Below, one piece after another: positions 39,532 through 49,571 of a DNA stretch of 64,000 nt. The translations under genes were made by a program, and so were the position numbers. The stretch lies in the NCBI GenBank assembly GCA_017619795.1, contig JAFZRP010000110.1:42365-106364 (forward strand). Direction: 5' to 3'. Origin of the DNA: Treponema sp. Its GTDB lineage: Bacteria; Spirochaetota; Spirochaetia; Treponematales; Treponemataceae. Within the stretch, counting starts at the first letter, position 1. Each line of letters opens with the position of its first letter. The notes below the pieces were generated by a model that had not been told where the DNA came from, made no database searches, and worked only from the letters and a program-made list of their open reading frames with translations.

Positions 39532-40062
39532 ATGAAAAAACTTTTATTATTAGTAAGCACTCTTCTCCTTTCGGCTGCACTTTTTGCCGCAGATCCAGCC
39601 GCAGGATTGTGGAAGAGCATTGATGACAAAACTGGCGAAGTAACTGCCATCTGGCGGATTTACGAAGAAGGCGGAAAGCTTTTTGGTACAATTGCCGCAA
39701 CAACTAACGATCCACAGGACGTTATTGCCAGCGCCTGCAAGGATTCCTACAAAGGCTTCCCTGTTGCCGGTGCCGTAAACAAGATGAAAACTGTTGGAAC
39801 TCCTTGGATTTTCAATATGGAAAAAGAATCTGAAGGAAACTGGAAAAACGGTAACATCATCGACCCAAGTAACGGTAAAATGTACGGCTGCGTAATCAAG
39901 TACCTTAATAAAGGTGAAAAGAACAAAAAATATACTGCTACCGAGCCTACCCTTGCAATGGCTGGAACTGTAGGACCAATCCAGGTTTTCCAGTATTGGG
40001 TACCAGCTACCGAAGCAGATATTAAAGCTGCACAGGAAAAGAATCCACCAAAGAATAAATAA
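39532..40062 (+). CDS. DUF2147-domain secreted protein
   Basis: DPAAGLWKSIDDKTG, WKNGNIIDPSNGKMY; signal peptide. Confidence 0.85.
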   Translation: MKKLLLLVSTLLLSAALFAADPAAGLWKSIDDKTGEVTAIWRIYEEGGKLFGTIAATTNDPQDVIASACKDSYKGFPVAGAVNKMKTVGTPWIFNMEKESEGNWKNGNIIDPSNGKMYGCVIKYLNKGEKNKKYTATEPTLAMAGTVGPIQVFQYWVPATEADIKAAQEKNPPKNK

Positions 40063-40135
40063 AAAAGAAAGGAGACGACTGCAGCCTGTTCTAAACACAC
40101 ACAGAAAATGTTCAGGCAGTCTGCAAGCCGTCTCC
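40062..40135. terminator. Long imperfect hairpin between convergent genes (probable terminator)
   Basis: ggagacg...cgtctcc outer stem with inner gcctg/caggc; A-rich run on the left. Confidence 0.55.
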
Positions 40136-40161
40136 AAATTTAAGGAGAAACAAAAAAAACT

Positions 40162-42153
40162 TTATGCAAGTAATCGATAGGAATCATCCTGGTTGCAAAT
40201 GATTCGTTCTTTTACTAGCGCATGTAGAGCAGATTCTATGACGCCCGAGGGAGTGGAGTTTAGGTCTCCCTTGACGAAGAATCCTTTACTATGAAGTATG
40301 CTCAGTATTTTATTTTCACAAATTACTTCTTCACGGGTACTATCCAGCATTTTGCTGCGATGTAAAGCGCTAAGTTTCTGTGTTATTGGAAGAAGCATCT
40401 GTTCAAACCCATTTCGGCACTTTAAATAAACTGCATTTTTATCTTCTGTTCCTGAGTTCCTTATAAAAATAAGTGCACATTTCTTTCCTTTTTCAAAAAT
40501 AGAAAAAACAAGAACGTTCGGATCTTTCATGCAGATTATTTCAGTGGTAAATCCGTTTAATTTTGCAATTTCGGATTGAATAAGGCCTAAATCTGAAAGC
40601 CACAAAGAGCTGCCGTTATAGAACAGCTCTTTCTTAACAAAATATGTATATAAAGTGTTGGAATAACCTTTTTCAAAAGAGGTATTTCCGTATTCCATTG
40701 ATGCAATTGTGAGCAGAGCGGTTAAAAGTCCGTTTCCTGTAAGTAAGATTTGCGGATTTCCAGCATTTTCTGTCTTGCATGGAACTATTGCGTGTCCGGA
40801 GGATTCAAATCCAACTGCAAGCTCTTCAGGATTCTGGTTGCAAATCCATTTATCGCCAACATCTACCATTACAGGCTTAAGTCCAAACTTTTCCTGCATT
40901 TCAATTCCAACCATCAGGTCAGATTCAATTGTAAATACGGCGCTTTTGTTTTCATCAGACTTTTTGTAAATAAGCGATTCAATAAGATAAGCTTCTGCAT
41001 CACCATCATAAACAATAACTTTGTCCGAAGCCCTGTCGTATTTCATAACAAAACCACGATCGCCATCACCATCAACTGCAATTCCGTAAACTTCGTTAGC
41101 AGAACTCTTGCCTTCTGCATAAACCTTACGGATAACCTCAGGCGCAGAGCTTAAAGCTTTTTCATCAAAAGCCGCATGACCTTCAATTTCTGCAACACCG
41201 CAGTTATGATTGATATTTTCACCTTCCGGCTGACAGTTCAACAAAAGGACGTTCATCTTGTTGCGCTCAAAAAAGCGCTTTGCATACAAAGACCACGCAC
41301 CGTTAGCGGTATCTGCAATAATTCTGCAGCCACTGATTTTCTGTAAATATTCAGCAGGAATTGTCTTTTCAAGGAAATCTACTGCCTGGTCAACGTAATC
41401 GAGCTCTGTATATGCAGAATAATCGGCTGATACTGAATCGAGTTTGCATCCATTATCAGTGTCAAAAGCCATAGCATATTCAAGCATGTAAGCAGAAAGG
41501 ATAAAGTCACCATCTGGACCATCACTAAGGAGCTTTTTTCCTTCAAAAAAGAACTTTATTCCGTTCTGGTTTGAAGGATTGTGACTTGCCGTAAGCACAG
41601 CTCCCCCCTGAATGCCGTTCTCCAGCATATACTGAGGAACGTAAGGAGTTGGTGCCACGCCAAGATCCACAACCTGAACACCGTTTTTTAAAAAGCCTTC
41701 TTTAACGGCATTCACAAGTGCCCAGTTAGTGGCTTTATCCCTGCTATCGTTGCCAATGCAGACCTTCATCTTTCTGCCGCTTTCCTTGAGCATGCGTACA
41801 AAAGCAGCAATTGAAAGCTCAAGCAGAGGAATAGTGATTAGATTTTCACCGGTATACTTTCTTAAGGCTTCGAGGTAAGAGAACTTTTCGACACTCACCT
41901 TCCCGCGCATTCCGTCTGTACCCATAAAGGTAAAAAGCGAAAGCTTAAGAACTTTTTCGCAATCTTCCTCGGTAGGATTTGGCGTTAGTAACGAAGCAGC
42001 TTTTTCAACATCAACCAGAGCAGGAAGCTTAAAGGAGGACACAGCTCTACTCTGTTCAAAGCATTTCAACGCATCGATGGTGAAATTGCCGGTTGTGATG
42101 AAGTTGTCGAAATTGTTATAAGTCTTAAAAGTACGGTCAATAAAACGAATCAT
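40162..42153 (-). CDS. Alpha-D-phosphohexomutase (GlmM/PGM superfamily; candidate GlcNAc-1-phosphate mutase)
   Basis: FMGTDGMRG, TASHNP (phospho-Ser), DGDGDR, GFESSGH, RNSGTE. Confidence 0.88.
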   Translation of the reverse strand: MIRFIDRTFKTYNNFDNFITTGNFTIDALKCFEQSRAVSSFKLPALVDVEKAASLLTPNPTEEDCEKVLKLSLFTFMGTDGMRGKVSVEKFSYLEALRKYTGENLITIPLLELSIAAFVRMLKESGRKMKVCIGNDSRDKATNWALVNAVKEGFLKNGVQVVDLGVAPTPYVPQYMLENGIQGGAVLTASHNPSNQNGIKFFFEGKKLLSDGPDGDFILSAYMLEYAMAFDTDNGCKLDSVSADYSAYTELDYVDQAVDFLEKTIPAEYLQKISGCRIIADTANGAWSLYAKRFFERNKMNVLLLNCQPEGENINHNCGVAEIEGHAAFDEKALSSAPEVIRKVYAEGKSSANEVYGIAVDGDGDRGFVMKYDRASDKVIVYDGDAEAYLIESLIYKKSDENKSAVFTIESDLMVGIEMQEKFGLKPVMVDVGDKWICNQNPEELAVGFESSGHAIVPCKTENAGNPQILLTGNGLLTALLTIASMEYGNTSFEKGYSNTLYTYFVKKELFYNGSSLWLSDLGLIQSEIAKLNGFTTEIICMKDPNVLVFSIFEKGKKCALIFIRNSGTEDKNAVYLKCRNGFEQMLLPITQKLSALHRSKMLDSTREEVICENKILSILHSKGFFVKGDLNSTPSGVIESALHALVKERIICNQDDSYRLLA

Positions 42154-42170
42154 TTTCCCCTGCCCTTATC

Positions 42171-44663
42171 TTACATTTCTACAGTTACTTTGTGCTTCTT
42201 TCCGTCGAACCACTCTTTTGTAATGCAATTGCCTTTAATCTGCTTGCCGTCAATCTTTACGCTCTTAACGCCCTTCTGAACCTTGTTCTTGTTGATATAT
42301 TTGAACTCAAACTTAGTTCCACGGAAAATACGAGATGCAGAGAACTCTTTCCAGCAAGGAACACAAGGATCAATTACAAGACCATCATAATCAGGCTTAA
42401 GACCAAAAATATTTTCAGAAACTACTCTATGGCGAGTTGGTGCTGTACCTGTAAGCCAGGTATGGCCTGCTCTTCCGAAATCCTGGCTTGCTGGACCTGC
42501 AACATATTCAGGATAAACAAATGGTTCTGCAGAATATGCTTCTGTTTCTTTGTAGCAAACTGCCGGTAAGGTGTTATAGAAAAGGTCCCAGGCTTTTTTG
42601 CCTTCACCGTAGTTACAGTAAGAAGCAATTACCCAAGATTCAAGATGACGGAAGAAGCTTCCATTCTCTTTTTTACCTGGTGCGTTTCTGATGTAACCAC
42701 TTTCAAAATCTGGGAGCTTGCCGTTTGCAAGGTCGTTGTTTGTTGTACAGATACAGATACCGCCCTTTGCAGCGAGCTTCTTTTCTACGATTGCGGCTGA
42801 CTTTAAGAACTGCTCTTTTGTTGCAATTCCACTGTAACCAGCCCAAGCTGTTGGCTCAAGGAATACGATTCCGTCTGTATCTGAAGAACCAAAGCTCTTT
42901 TTAGGATCCTTGCCTGGTCCAAGAAGACGTGTATAAAGTCCTTTTGAGTCAATACAGTAATCGTTTACAGATTTAAGAACGATTTCTGCTTTTTTGCCGC
43001 AGTCTTTTCCGAAGGCTGCCATTTTTGCATTCTTTTTATCCAGATCTTTAACGTGAGCACAAAGCTGTTCAAAATCTACAAGTGCCTTGTAAAGCATTTC
43101 GGCTGCCATTACAGAAAGATGATCTGGGAAACCGCTGAGGTCATCGTTCCAGTCTGCATCATACATGATTGGAAGTCCGTCTACTGAATATTTCCACATG
43201 TGCTCAAGGGCTGCAACACAGTGCTCCATGATTGTAGCCTTTTTGTCCGGCATACCCTCTTTTACATCTGCATAAGGAACAATTTCGTCAAGGAAAGCGA
43301 AATCTGCTGTTTCTTTTACATATTCGCAAACTGCGTAAATAAGCCACATTGGGTCGTCGCAAGCGTGGAAGCCGCGGGTTCCTGGAGCAGAAACGTAGAA
43401 GTTATGATAAACAGAACCATCAGAGAACATCTGCTCTGCTGTGTAAAGCAGGAAGTCTCTTGTCCGCTTTGTATCGTATGGAAGAAGTGCGAGCATATCC
43501 TGAAGAATGTCTCTGAAACCAAAGCCGTACTCAAAGCCTGAGTGGAAGCGTGATTTCATGCGGTTAAGGCAGCATACCATAGCACACTGGTACTGGAGCC
43601 ACTTGAACGAGTGTACAAACTCCTCTTCTCCAGAAACGTTAAGCTGAAGCTTGTTGAGCTCATCCTTCCAGCCATCAGAAACTTCTTTATAAAGCTTAAG
43701 AGCTGCTGCAGGAGTTGCAATCATCTTCATTGCTTTTTTAAGCTCTGCCTTACCATTGCAATAGTAATCTTCTGTATTGTCAGCAATCAGGGCAAAAACA
43801 AGTTCTTTTGTCTCGCCTGCTTTCAAAGTGATGTCGTTAGCAAGTACAGAAAGAGAGCTACACATTTCCTGTGAATCTTCTTCAGAAAGTTTATCTGCAA
43901 GAACTCCATCAGGATTTGCCATTGTATTTGTATAATGACCAACAAAATCCTTATAGCGTGCAGAATAAGTAGATTTCTTTTCAGATGATACGTGAACAAG
44001 AACCTTTCCAAAAAGTCCTCTAATCTTTTCTTCATCAGCATCAAATGGAATACCATAGTTGTTGCGCCATACAAGACCGTCAATCTTCTTGTCAAAAAGT
44101 CCGCCAGCCATCATAAGAGAATTAAAGCCGGAGAACTGTGTACCGCGTGCATCACCTACGTTTACAGGCTCTACAGAGAAAACACGAAGCTTTCTTTCTT
44201 TATCTGATTTGTTAGTAATCTTTACATACTGAATAAGACCATAAAACTCATCAGGAATAAACTTAATTGTTTCTACATTAAGATTAAGATAAGAAGTCTT
44301 TGTCTCTACCGAACCAAATCGGAAAATAGTTTCGAGCTTCTGATTCTTGTGCATTACAGGATACCAGGTGCTTGTAAAATATTTCTTGGCTTCCATATCT
44401 GTAATATAGAGATATGAACCTAATAATCTTGTCTTATAAGGATCTTCATGAACATAGCCATTAAGCAGATCCCCTTCCTGGGTACCAATTCTGGCAAAAT
44501 CGGAACCATTGTTTGTAATACCCCAGCACAATGTGTTTGTAAGCGAGCGTTTGCGGCTGGCTTCAAGCATAAGCCACGGCTCTTTTGTCGTTTGTTTGAT
44601 GTTCTCTCTTATCTGAACTGAACTATCGGAAAGAAAAGAGAATAGTTTCTCTTTGTTTGCCAT
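42171..44663 (-). CDS. GH94 glycoside phosphorylase (chitobiose-phosphorylase-like, divergent)
   Basis: GFGFRDILQD, DDPMWL, ADWNDDL (catalytic Asp), PGKKENGSFFRH, AEPFVYPEY, WLTGTA, LVIDPCVP. Confidence 0.88.
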   Translation of the reverse strand: MANKEKLFSFLSDSSVQIRENIKQTTKEPWLMLEASRKRSLTNTLCWGITNNGSDFARIGTQEGDLLNGYVHEDPYKTRLLGSYLYITDMEAKKYFTSTWYPVMHKNQKLETIFRFGSVETKTSYLNLNVETIKFIPDEFYGLIQYVKITNKSDKERKLRVFSVEPVNVGDARGTQFSGFNSLMMAGGLFDKKIDGLVWRNNYGIPFDADEEKIRGLFGKVLVHVSSEKKSTYSARYKDFVGHYTNTMANPDGVLADKLSEEDSQEMCSSLSVLANDITLKAGETKELVFALIADNTEDYYCNGKAELKKAMKMIATPAAALKLYKEVSDGWKDELNKLQLNVSGEEEFVHSFKWLQYQCAMVCCLNRMKSRFHSGFEYGFGFRDILQDMLALLPYDTKRTRDFLLYTAEQMFSDGSVYHNFYVSAPGTRGFHACDDPMWLIYAVCEYVKETADFAFLDEIVPYADVKEGMPDKKATIMEHCVAALEHMWKYSVDGLPIMYDADWNDDLSGFPDHLSVMAAEMLYKALVDFEQLCAHVKDLDKKNAKMAAFGKDCGKKAEIVLKSVNDYCIDSKGLYTRLLGPGKDPKKSFGSSDTDGIVFLEPTAWAGYSGIATKEQFLKSAAIVEKKLAAKGGICICTTNNDLANGKLPDFESGYIRNAPGKKENGSFFRHLESWVIASYCNYGEGKKAWDLFYNTLPAVCYKETEAYSAEPFVYPEYVAGPASQDFGRAGHTWLTGTAPTRHRVVSENIFGLKPDYDGLVIDPCVPCWKEFSASRIFRGTKFEFKYINKNKVQKGVKSVKIDGKQIKGNCITKEWFDGKKHKVTVEM

Positions 44664-44726
44664 ACAAAACCTCCAATTTTTTTCTTTTTCATTTAGAAAT
44701 TAGTTTTTTACTGTAGTTTTTTCTTT

Positions 44727-44977
44727 AACTTTCACGTGAAAACTTTAACACGACAATTAAAGAGTTGTCAACTAAAATTTTTAACATATTTTCAGAATAT
44801 TTTAAGGTTTTTTGTGGAAAAAACGGGAAAATAACAAAATTTTCAAAAAATTTTACTTTTACGTGAAAGTTTTTTCTTGACAAATGCTTTTTTGTGGTCA
44901 TAATTAGAGTTGTAGATGACAAAAAAATCATACGAAAAAGGAGATTTACCGTTATGAAACAACTTTTACGTAAAAGC
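44727..44977. promoter_or_regulatory. Three copies of palindromic operator ACTTTYACGTRAAA in and near the divergent GH94/ABC promoter region
   Basis: tttcacgtgaaa 44730-44741; acttttacgtgaaagt 44855-44870 (just upstream of a TTGACA); cttttacgtaaaag 44963-44976 inside SBP codons 4-8. Confidence 0.72.
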
Positions 44978-46420
44978 GGAAGCGCTTTAATCGCAGTTGC
45001 AGCTTGTTTTTCAATGCTGTTGTTGGCTGGATGTGATAAAGATAAAAAAGCATCCAAGGAAAAGAGAGACAAGATTCAGGTTATGGTTGGTTTCGGTACA
45101 GGTACCGATCCTTCCCAGGTTGCTGTTCACGAAGCTCTTGCTAAAGAGTTCAATGACACAATTGGTAAGGAAAAGAACATCACACTTGAATTTGTAACAG
45201 TTCAGTATGCAGATTCTGAGCAGAAGTTCACAACACTCGTAGCAGGTGGAATGACACCTGATATTTGTGGTCCTGTTGGTGTAATGGGTGTTGGTAAGTT
45301 CATCGATGAATGGATGGACATTGAACCATATCTTAAGAAAGATGGAATTGATCTTAATGCATACGACGATGCACTCGTTGACAGCATGAGATACAACATT
45401 AATGGCGAAAGCAAGCTTGTTGGTCTTCCAATCGGATATTACCCATCAGCTCTTTACTATAATGAAGACATTTTTGACCGTGCTGGAATTGACTACCCTC
45501 CTACAACTTGGGGAACAAAAGACTGGACTTATGAAAAAATGATCGACCAGGCTAGAAGAATGACTTTGGATAAAGATGGAAACAACACTTATTCAGCAGA
45601 CTTCGACATGGAAGGCGTTACACAGTTCGGTTATGATGGTACAGACTGGGCTCCATTCCGCGCTTGGGTTGGAAAGTATTTTGACAAGAATGGAAACTCT
45701 GTAGCTCTTGGTATCTCTGAAGATATGAAGACAGCTCAGATGAACTCTCCAGAATGGAAGAAAGCATTCAAAGACTTGCGCGACCAGGTATTCGTATACA
45801 AAGTACGCCCAAGTTCAGATTCAAATGCCGGTGCTGCCCTCTTTGGCGACAACGATCCACTTGGTTCAAACAAATGTGCTATGTGGGAAATCTTCTCTTG
45901 GATGAGCTATGCTTACGAAGGATGGGATGCTAACTTCAATTGGAACATTGCTCCAATCCCTTCATTCAACGGACACATTGTATCTGCAACAAACATCGAT
46001 ACATTCGTAATGTGTAAGAGTGCTAAGAACCACGACAAAGCTTGGGAAGTTTACAAATGGCTCTTCCAGCCTGAGAACTACATCCGCCTTAACAAGAACT
46101 ATGGTGGTATCCCTGCTATGAAGCAGTTCCAGAAATCTTGGATCGACGAAAGAAAGAATGGGGTAGTTGACGAGAATGGCGAAGTTATTGAAGAAGGCCG
46201 TCCAAACATCAACTGGCAGGTTCTTATCGATGCAGGTGCTTATGCAGACAATCCTAACAACGAAGCTTGGGTTCCAAACTTTGGTAAAGTATGGGATGCA
46301 ATGGAAACTGCAATGGCTAACGTAATTTCTGGTTTCGAAGAGGACACAGACAAAGTTGCTGATGACCTCAACGCAGAAGTTCAGACATATCTTGATGAGT
46401 ACTGGGAGAACCAGAAATAA
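44954..46420 (+). CDS. Sugar ABC transporter substrate-binding lipoprotein (CUT1)
   Basis: Lipobox LAGC; GLP.GYYPSALYYNEDIFDRAG, WTYE, WNIAPIP, AWEVYKWL; AAGGAG RBS. Confidence 0.92.
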   Translation: MKQLLRKSGSALIAVAACFSMLLLAGCDKDKKASKEKRDKIQVMVGFGTGTDPSQVAVHEALAKEFNDTIGKEKNITLEFVTVQYADSEQKFTTLVAGGMTPDICGPVGVMGVGKFIDEWMDIEPYLKKDGIDLNAYDDALVDSMRYNINGESKLVGLPIGYYPSALYYNEDIFDRAGIDYPPTTWGTKDWTYEKMIDQARRMTLDKDGNNTYSADFDMEGVTQFGYDGTDWAPFRAWVGKYFDKNGNSVALGISEDMKTAQMNSPEWKKAFKDLRDQVFVYKVRPSSDSNAGAALFGDNDPLGSNKCAMWEIFSWMSYAYEGWDANFNWNIAPIPSFNGHIVSATNIDTFVMCKSAKNHDKAWEVYKWLFQPENYIRLNKNYGGIPAMKQFQKSWIDERKNGVVDENGEVIEEGRPNINWQVLIDAGAYADNPNNEAWVPNFGKVWDAMETAMANVISGFEEDTDKVADDLNAEVQTYLDEYWENQK

Positions 46421-46423
46421 ATT

Positions 46424-46536
46424 GCAGCGCGATTGCTCGCGTTTCTTTTAGAAAATGTGGCTTTGAAACGCACTTGCGTTTCAAAGCTGCTATTCTGCAC
46501 TTCTAGGAAACGCTGCGCTATTGCTTGCGTTTCTTT
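46424..46536. repeat. REP-like intergenic unit: 12-13-bp hairpin flanked by 25-bp direct repeats
   Basis: gctttgaaacgca-ct-tgcgtttcaaagc 46460-46487; gcwgcgckattgctygcgtttcttt at 46424 and 46512. Confidence 0.7.
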
Positions 46537-46555
46537 ACACACAGGAGGTTAACAG

Positions 46556-47467
46556 ATGACAAGTAAAAATCGTATGTTAAGAAACAAAAGATCAAACAGC
46601 TTGTGGGGATATGTATTTATTAGCCCTTGGTTGTTAGGATTCCTTATCTTTACTGCCGGACCAATGCTGGCCTCGTTATTTCTTTCTCTTACAAGATATG
46701 ACGGACGTAATGCCCCTGTATTCATAGGCTTCGGTAATTTCGTCAAAATGTTCAAAGACCATTATGTTTGGAACTCATTATTAAAAGTAACGCTTAAGTT
46801 TTCTATGCTCTCAATTCCAATTGGAATTATCTGCGGCTTCCTTCTTGCATATCTTCTTAATATGAAAGTAGCCGGAATGAAGGCTTGGAGAACCCTTTAT
46901 TATCTTCCTTCACTTATTTCCGGTGTTGTTATTGCCATGCTCTGGCGCGGACTTTTCGACGACCAGTATGGAATTATAAACTATGTAATCAGACAATTCG
47001 GCGGGTCTGCTCCAAAATGGTTGCTCGACCCTAAATATACTCTCTACTGCTTCCTTTTCCTTTCTGTATGGAGCTGCGGTGGCAGTATGATTATTTATCT
47101 TTCCGGACTTCAGGGCATTCCTACAGAACTGTACGAAGCCGCTGAACTTGATGGCTGTAATAAATGGCAGCAGATGATTCACGTAACCATCCCACAGATG
47201 ACTCCAATCTTCTTCTATGAGTTGATTATGGGTATTATCGGATCGTTCCAGTACTTTGCAGAACCAATGGTTTTGACAAAAGGTGGACCAGCCCACTCTA
47301 CAGAGTTCTTCAACCTGTATCTGTACAACAACGCATTTAAGTATCAGAACATGGGTTATGCCTCTGCGCTTGCCTGGTTCCTGTTCGTCATCATCCTTAT
47401 ACTTACATTGCTTGTATTTAAGAGTTCAGATCTTTGGGTATTCTATGATAGTGAGGTGAAAAAATGA
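46556..47467 (+). CDS. Carbohydrate ABC transporter permease (MalF-like)
   Basis: GYVFISPWLLGF, RTLYYLP, LQGIPTELYEAAELDG EAA motif. Confidence 0.95.
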   Translation: MTSKNRMLRNKRSNSLWGYVFISPWLLGFLIFTAGPMLASLFLSLTRYDGRNAPVFIGFGNFVKMFKDHYVWNSLLKVTLKFSMLSIPIGIICGFLLAYLLNMKVAGMKAWRTLYYLPSLISGVVIAMLWRGLFDDQYGIINYVIRQFGGSAPKWLLDPKYTLYCFLFLSVWSCGGSMIIYLSGLQGIPTELYEAAELDGCNKWQQMIHVTIPQMTPIFFYELIMGIIGSFQYFAEPMVLTKGGPAHSTEFFNLYLYNNAFKYQNMGYASALAWFLFVIILILTLLVFKSSDLWVFYDSEVKK

Positions 47468-48519
47468 TCCGTTCAAGACAAACAATAAGAAGACTTGAAT
47501 TACAAAGAAAAACGTTTGCATTAATAATACTTATTCTGGGAAGTATTTTCGTACTCTACCCGGTTGCAAGTATGCTCTGCGGTTCTCTTTCATCAAAAAC
47601 AGTTATTAAAACAGTTCCTGCTTCACTCATTCCTCTCGAAGGAAAACAGGTAGCAATCCCAGAACTTGGAAAACCAGATCAGAAATACTTTGTTTACAAT
47701 GTAGAAGTAAACGGCAAAAAGCGCGAGCTCGCCTACGTAGAAAAAGTAGACAAGATGTGGAAGTATGTAAATCCTGAATATCCTTCAGAAAGCTATCTTC
47801 TTCCACCAGCAACACCTGATCAGCGAGTAAGAACAGTTCGCTTTAACTGGAGAAACTATTCAGATGCTTTGAAAAAATCTCCATTCCCGCGCTACATTCT
47901 TAATACCCTGTTCATTTTGTTCATTGCTACTTTTGGTGCAGTTTTATCTTCCGTACTGGTTGCATACGGTTTTAGCCGCTTCCATTTTAAGGGACGAAAC
48001 GTACTGTTCCTTATTCTTCTTTCAACAATGATGTTGCCACCACAGGTAACACTCATTCCAAGCTTTATTATGTACAAATGGCTCGGCTGGTATAATACGT
48101 ATCTTCCACTTACAGTTCCTGCATTCTTTGCAGTTGGTGCTATGAACGTATTCCTTATCCGCCAGTTTATGATGGGCCTTCCATTAGAGCTTGATGAAGC
48201 AGCAAAAATCGACGGATGTGGACCAATTAAGATTTTGTGGTACGTAATTATTCCTCAGGCAAAGCCGGTTCTTCTTACAATCGGTCTTCAGACAGCAATC
48301 TTCTGGTGGAATGACTACTACTATGCTCTTATTTATATCCAGGACAAGATGAAATATACAGTTGCGCTCGGACTTCAGTCTTTCAACGCCCTGTACTTTA
48401 ATAATAGTGGACTTATGGCAGCAGCAACCATCATGGTTATGATTCCGCCAGTAGTTATATTCTTTATATTCCAGAAATACTTTATCCAGGGTACAGTTAT
48501 TTCGGGTGTAAAGGGATAA
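47464..48519 (+). CDS. Carbohydrate ABC transporter permease (MalG-like)
   Basis: AYGFSRF.FKGR, MMLPPQVTLIP, FLIRQF, ELDEAAKIDG, WNDY. Confidence 0.95.
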   Translation: MIRSRQTIRRLELQRKTFALIILILGSIFVLYPVASMLCGSLSSKTVIKTVPASLIPLEGKQVAIPELGKPDQKYFVYNVEVNGKKRELAYVEKVDKMWKYVNPEYPSESYLLPPATPDQRVRTVRFNWRNYSDALKKSPFPRYILNTLFILFIATFGAVLSSVLVAYGFSRFHFKGRNVLFLILLSTMMLPPQVTLIPSFIMYKWLGWYNTYLPLTVPAFFAVGAMNVFLIRQFMMGLPLELDEAAKIDGCGPIKILWYVIIPQAKPVLLTIGLQTAIFWWNDYYYALIYIQDKMKYTVALGLQSFNALYFNNSGLMAAATIMVMIPPVVIFFIFQKYFIQGTVISGVKG

Positions 48520-48540
48520 TGATATTGACAGGAAAGCCTT

Positions 48541-49539
48541 ATGTATGGAGTAAAACTATATTCTGTTCCAAAAAATCTAGATGCCACTATCGATTTGTGG
48601 CATCAACTCGGGTTTGACACCCTTTTTATAGGACAAGCCTGCAAAACCGATTCCGATTTTTTGGAACGTCTTCAGCACGAAGGCTTTTTTGTAAACCTTA
48701 TAGAACCTGTTTTTCTGGCAGACGAAACAACAGACAAAAGACTACTTGCAGTTACAAAAGACGGAACCCCGGCCGTAGACAGCTGGGTTCGTTTCGTCTG
48801 CCCTACAAACAAAGAATGGCTGGACAGCTTTTACGATCGTTTCACAGCAGATTCAAAGCTCAATGTAAACAGTCTTAGCCTCGATTTCATCCGTTTTTTT
48901 CAATTCTGGGAAGTAATCAACCCGGACAGCACTCATCCTAACTTAAGAGAAACCTGTTATTGTCCCCGTTGCCTTGAACAACGCAAAGCATTTAGAGAAG
49001 CAAATCCTACAAACAGCCAGCTGGAAGATGATGAACTTTGGCGCTGTTCAATAATAAATCAGATTGTGAGCAACTGCCTTCGAATTAAAAACGAAGCTAT
49101 GGACGAAAAAAAGCTTGGACTGCACGCTGTTCCATGGAAAAAATCCACTTTTAATGGTGCACTTTCTCGAATATTAGGCCAAAATCTTAGTACTCTTTCT
49201 AAGAGTGTCGACTTTTTTACACCTATGGCCTATCATCATATGATCCACCAGGATGTTTTTTACATAAAAGACCTTGTAGAAGACATTGAAAACCAGATAA
49301 ATGTAGTGGAAGAAAAGAATAACGTAAACTGCAGAAGAGAAATTGTTCCTTCTGTTCAATTAAAAAAATACTATCGTGACGAAGATATCTCTCTGGAAGA
49401 AAACTTTCAGACAATAATGACAGCCATGGAAGCTGGACGCGGCAATGTTGTCTACTTCCAGTGGACCGATATTGAAGAAAATCCGAAAATTACAGCCCTT
49501 TTAAAGGACTTTTACACAACATACAAGAACTATAAGTAA
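48541..49539 (+). CDS. Hypothetical cytoplasmic glycoside-hydrolase-like TIM-barrel protein
   Basis: FVCPT, LSLDFIRF, CYCPRC, LGQN...L...VDFFTPMAYH resemble GHL10/DUF187-like barrels; no signal peptide. Confidence 0.5.
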   Translation: MYGVKLYSVPKNLDATIDLWHQLGFDTLFIGQACKTDSDFLERLQHEGFFVNLIEPVFLADETTDKRLLAVTKDGTPAVDSWVRFVCPTNKEWLDSFYDRFTADSKLNVNSLSLDFIRFFQFWEVINPDSTHPNLRETCYCPRCLEQRKAFREANPTNSQLEDDELWRCSIINQIVSNCLRIKNEAMDEKKLGLHAVPWKKSTFNGALSRILGQNLSTLSKSVDFFTPMAYHHMIHQDVFYIKDLVEDIENQINVVEEKNNVNCRREIVPSVQLKKYYRDEDISLEENFQTIMTAMEAGRGNVVYFQWTDIEENPKITALLKDFYTTYKNYK

Positions 49540-49571
49540 AAACAAGTAAAAAACTGGAGGAAAACTAACAA

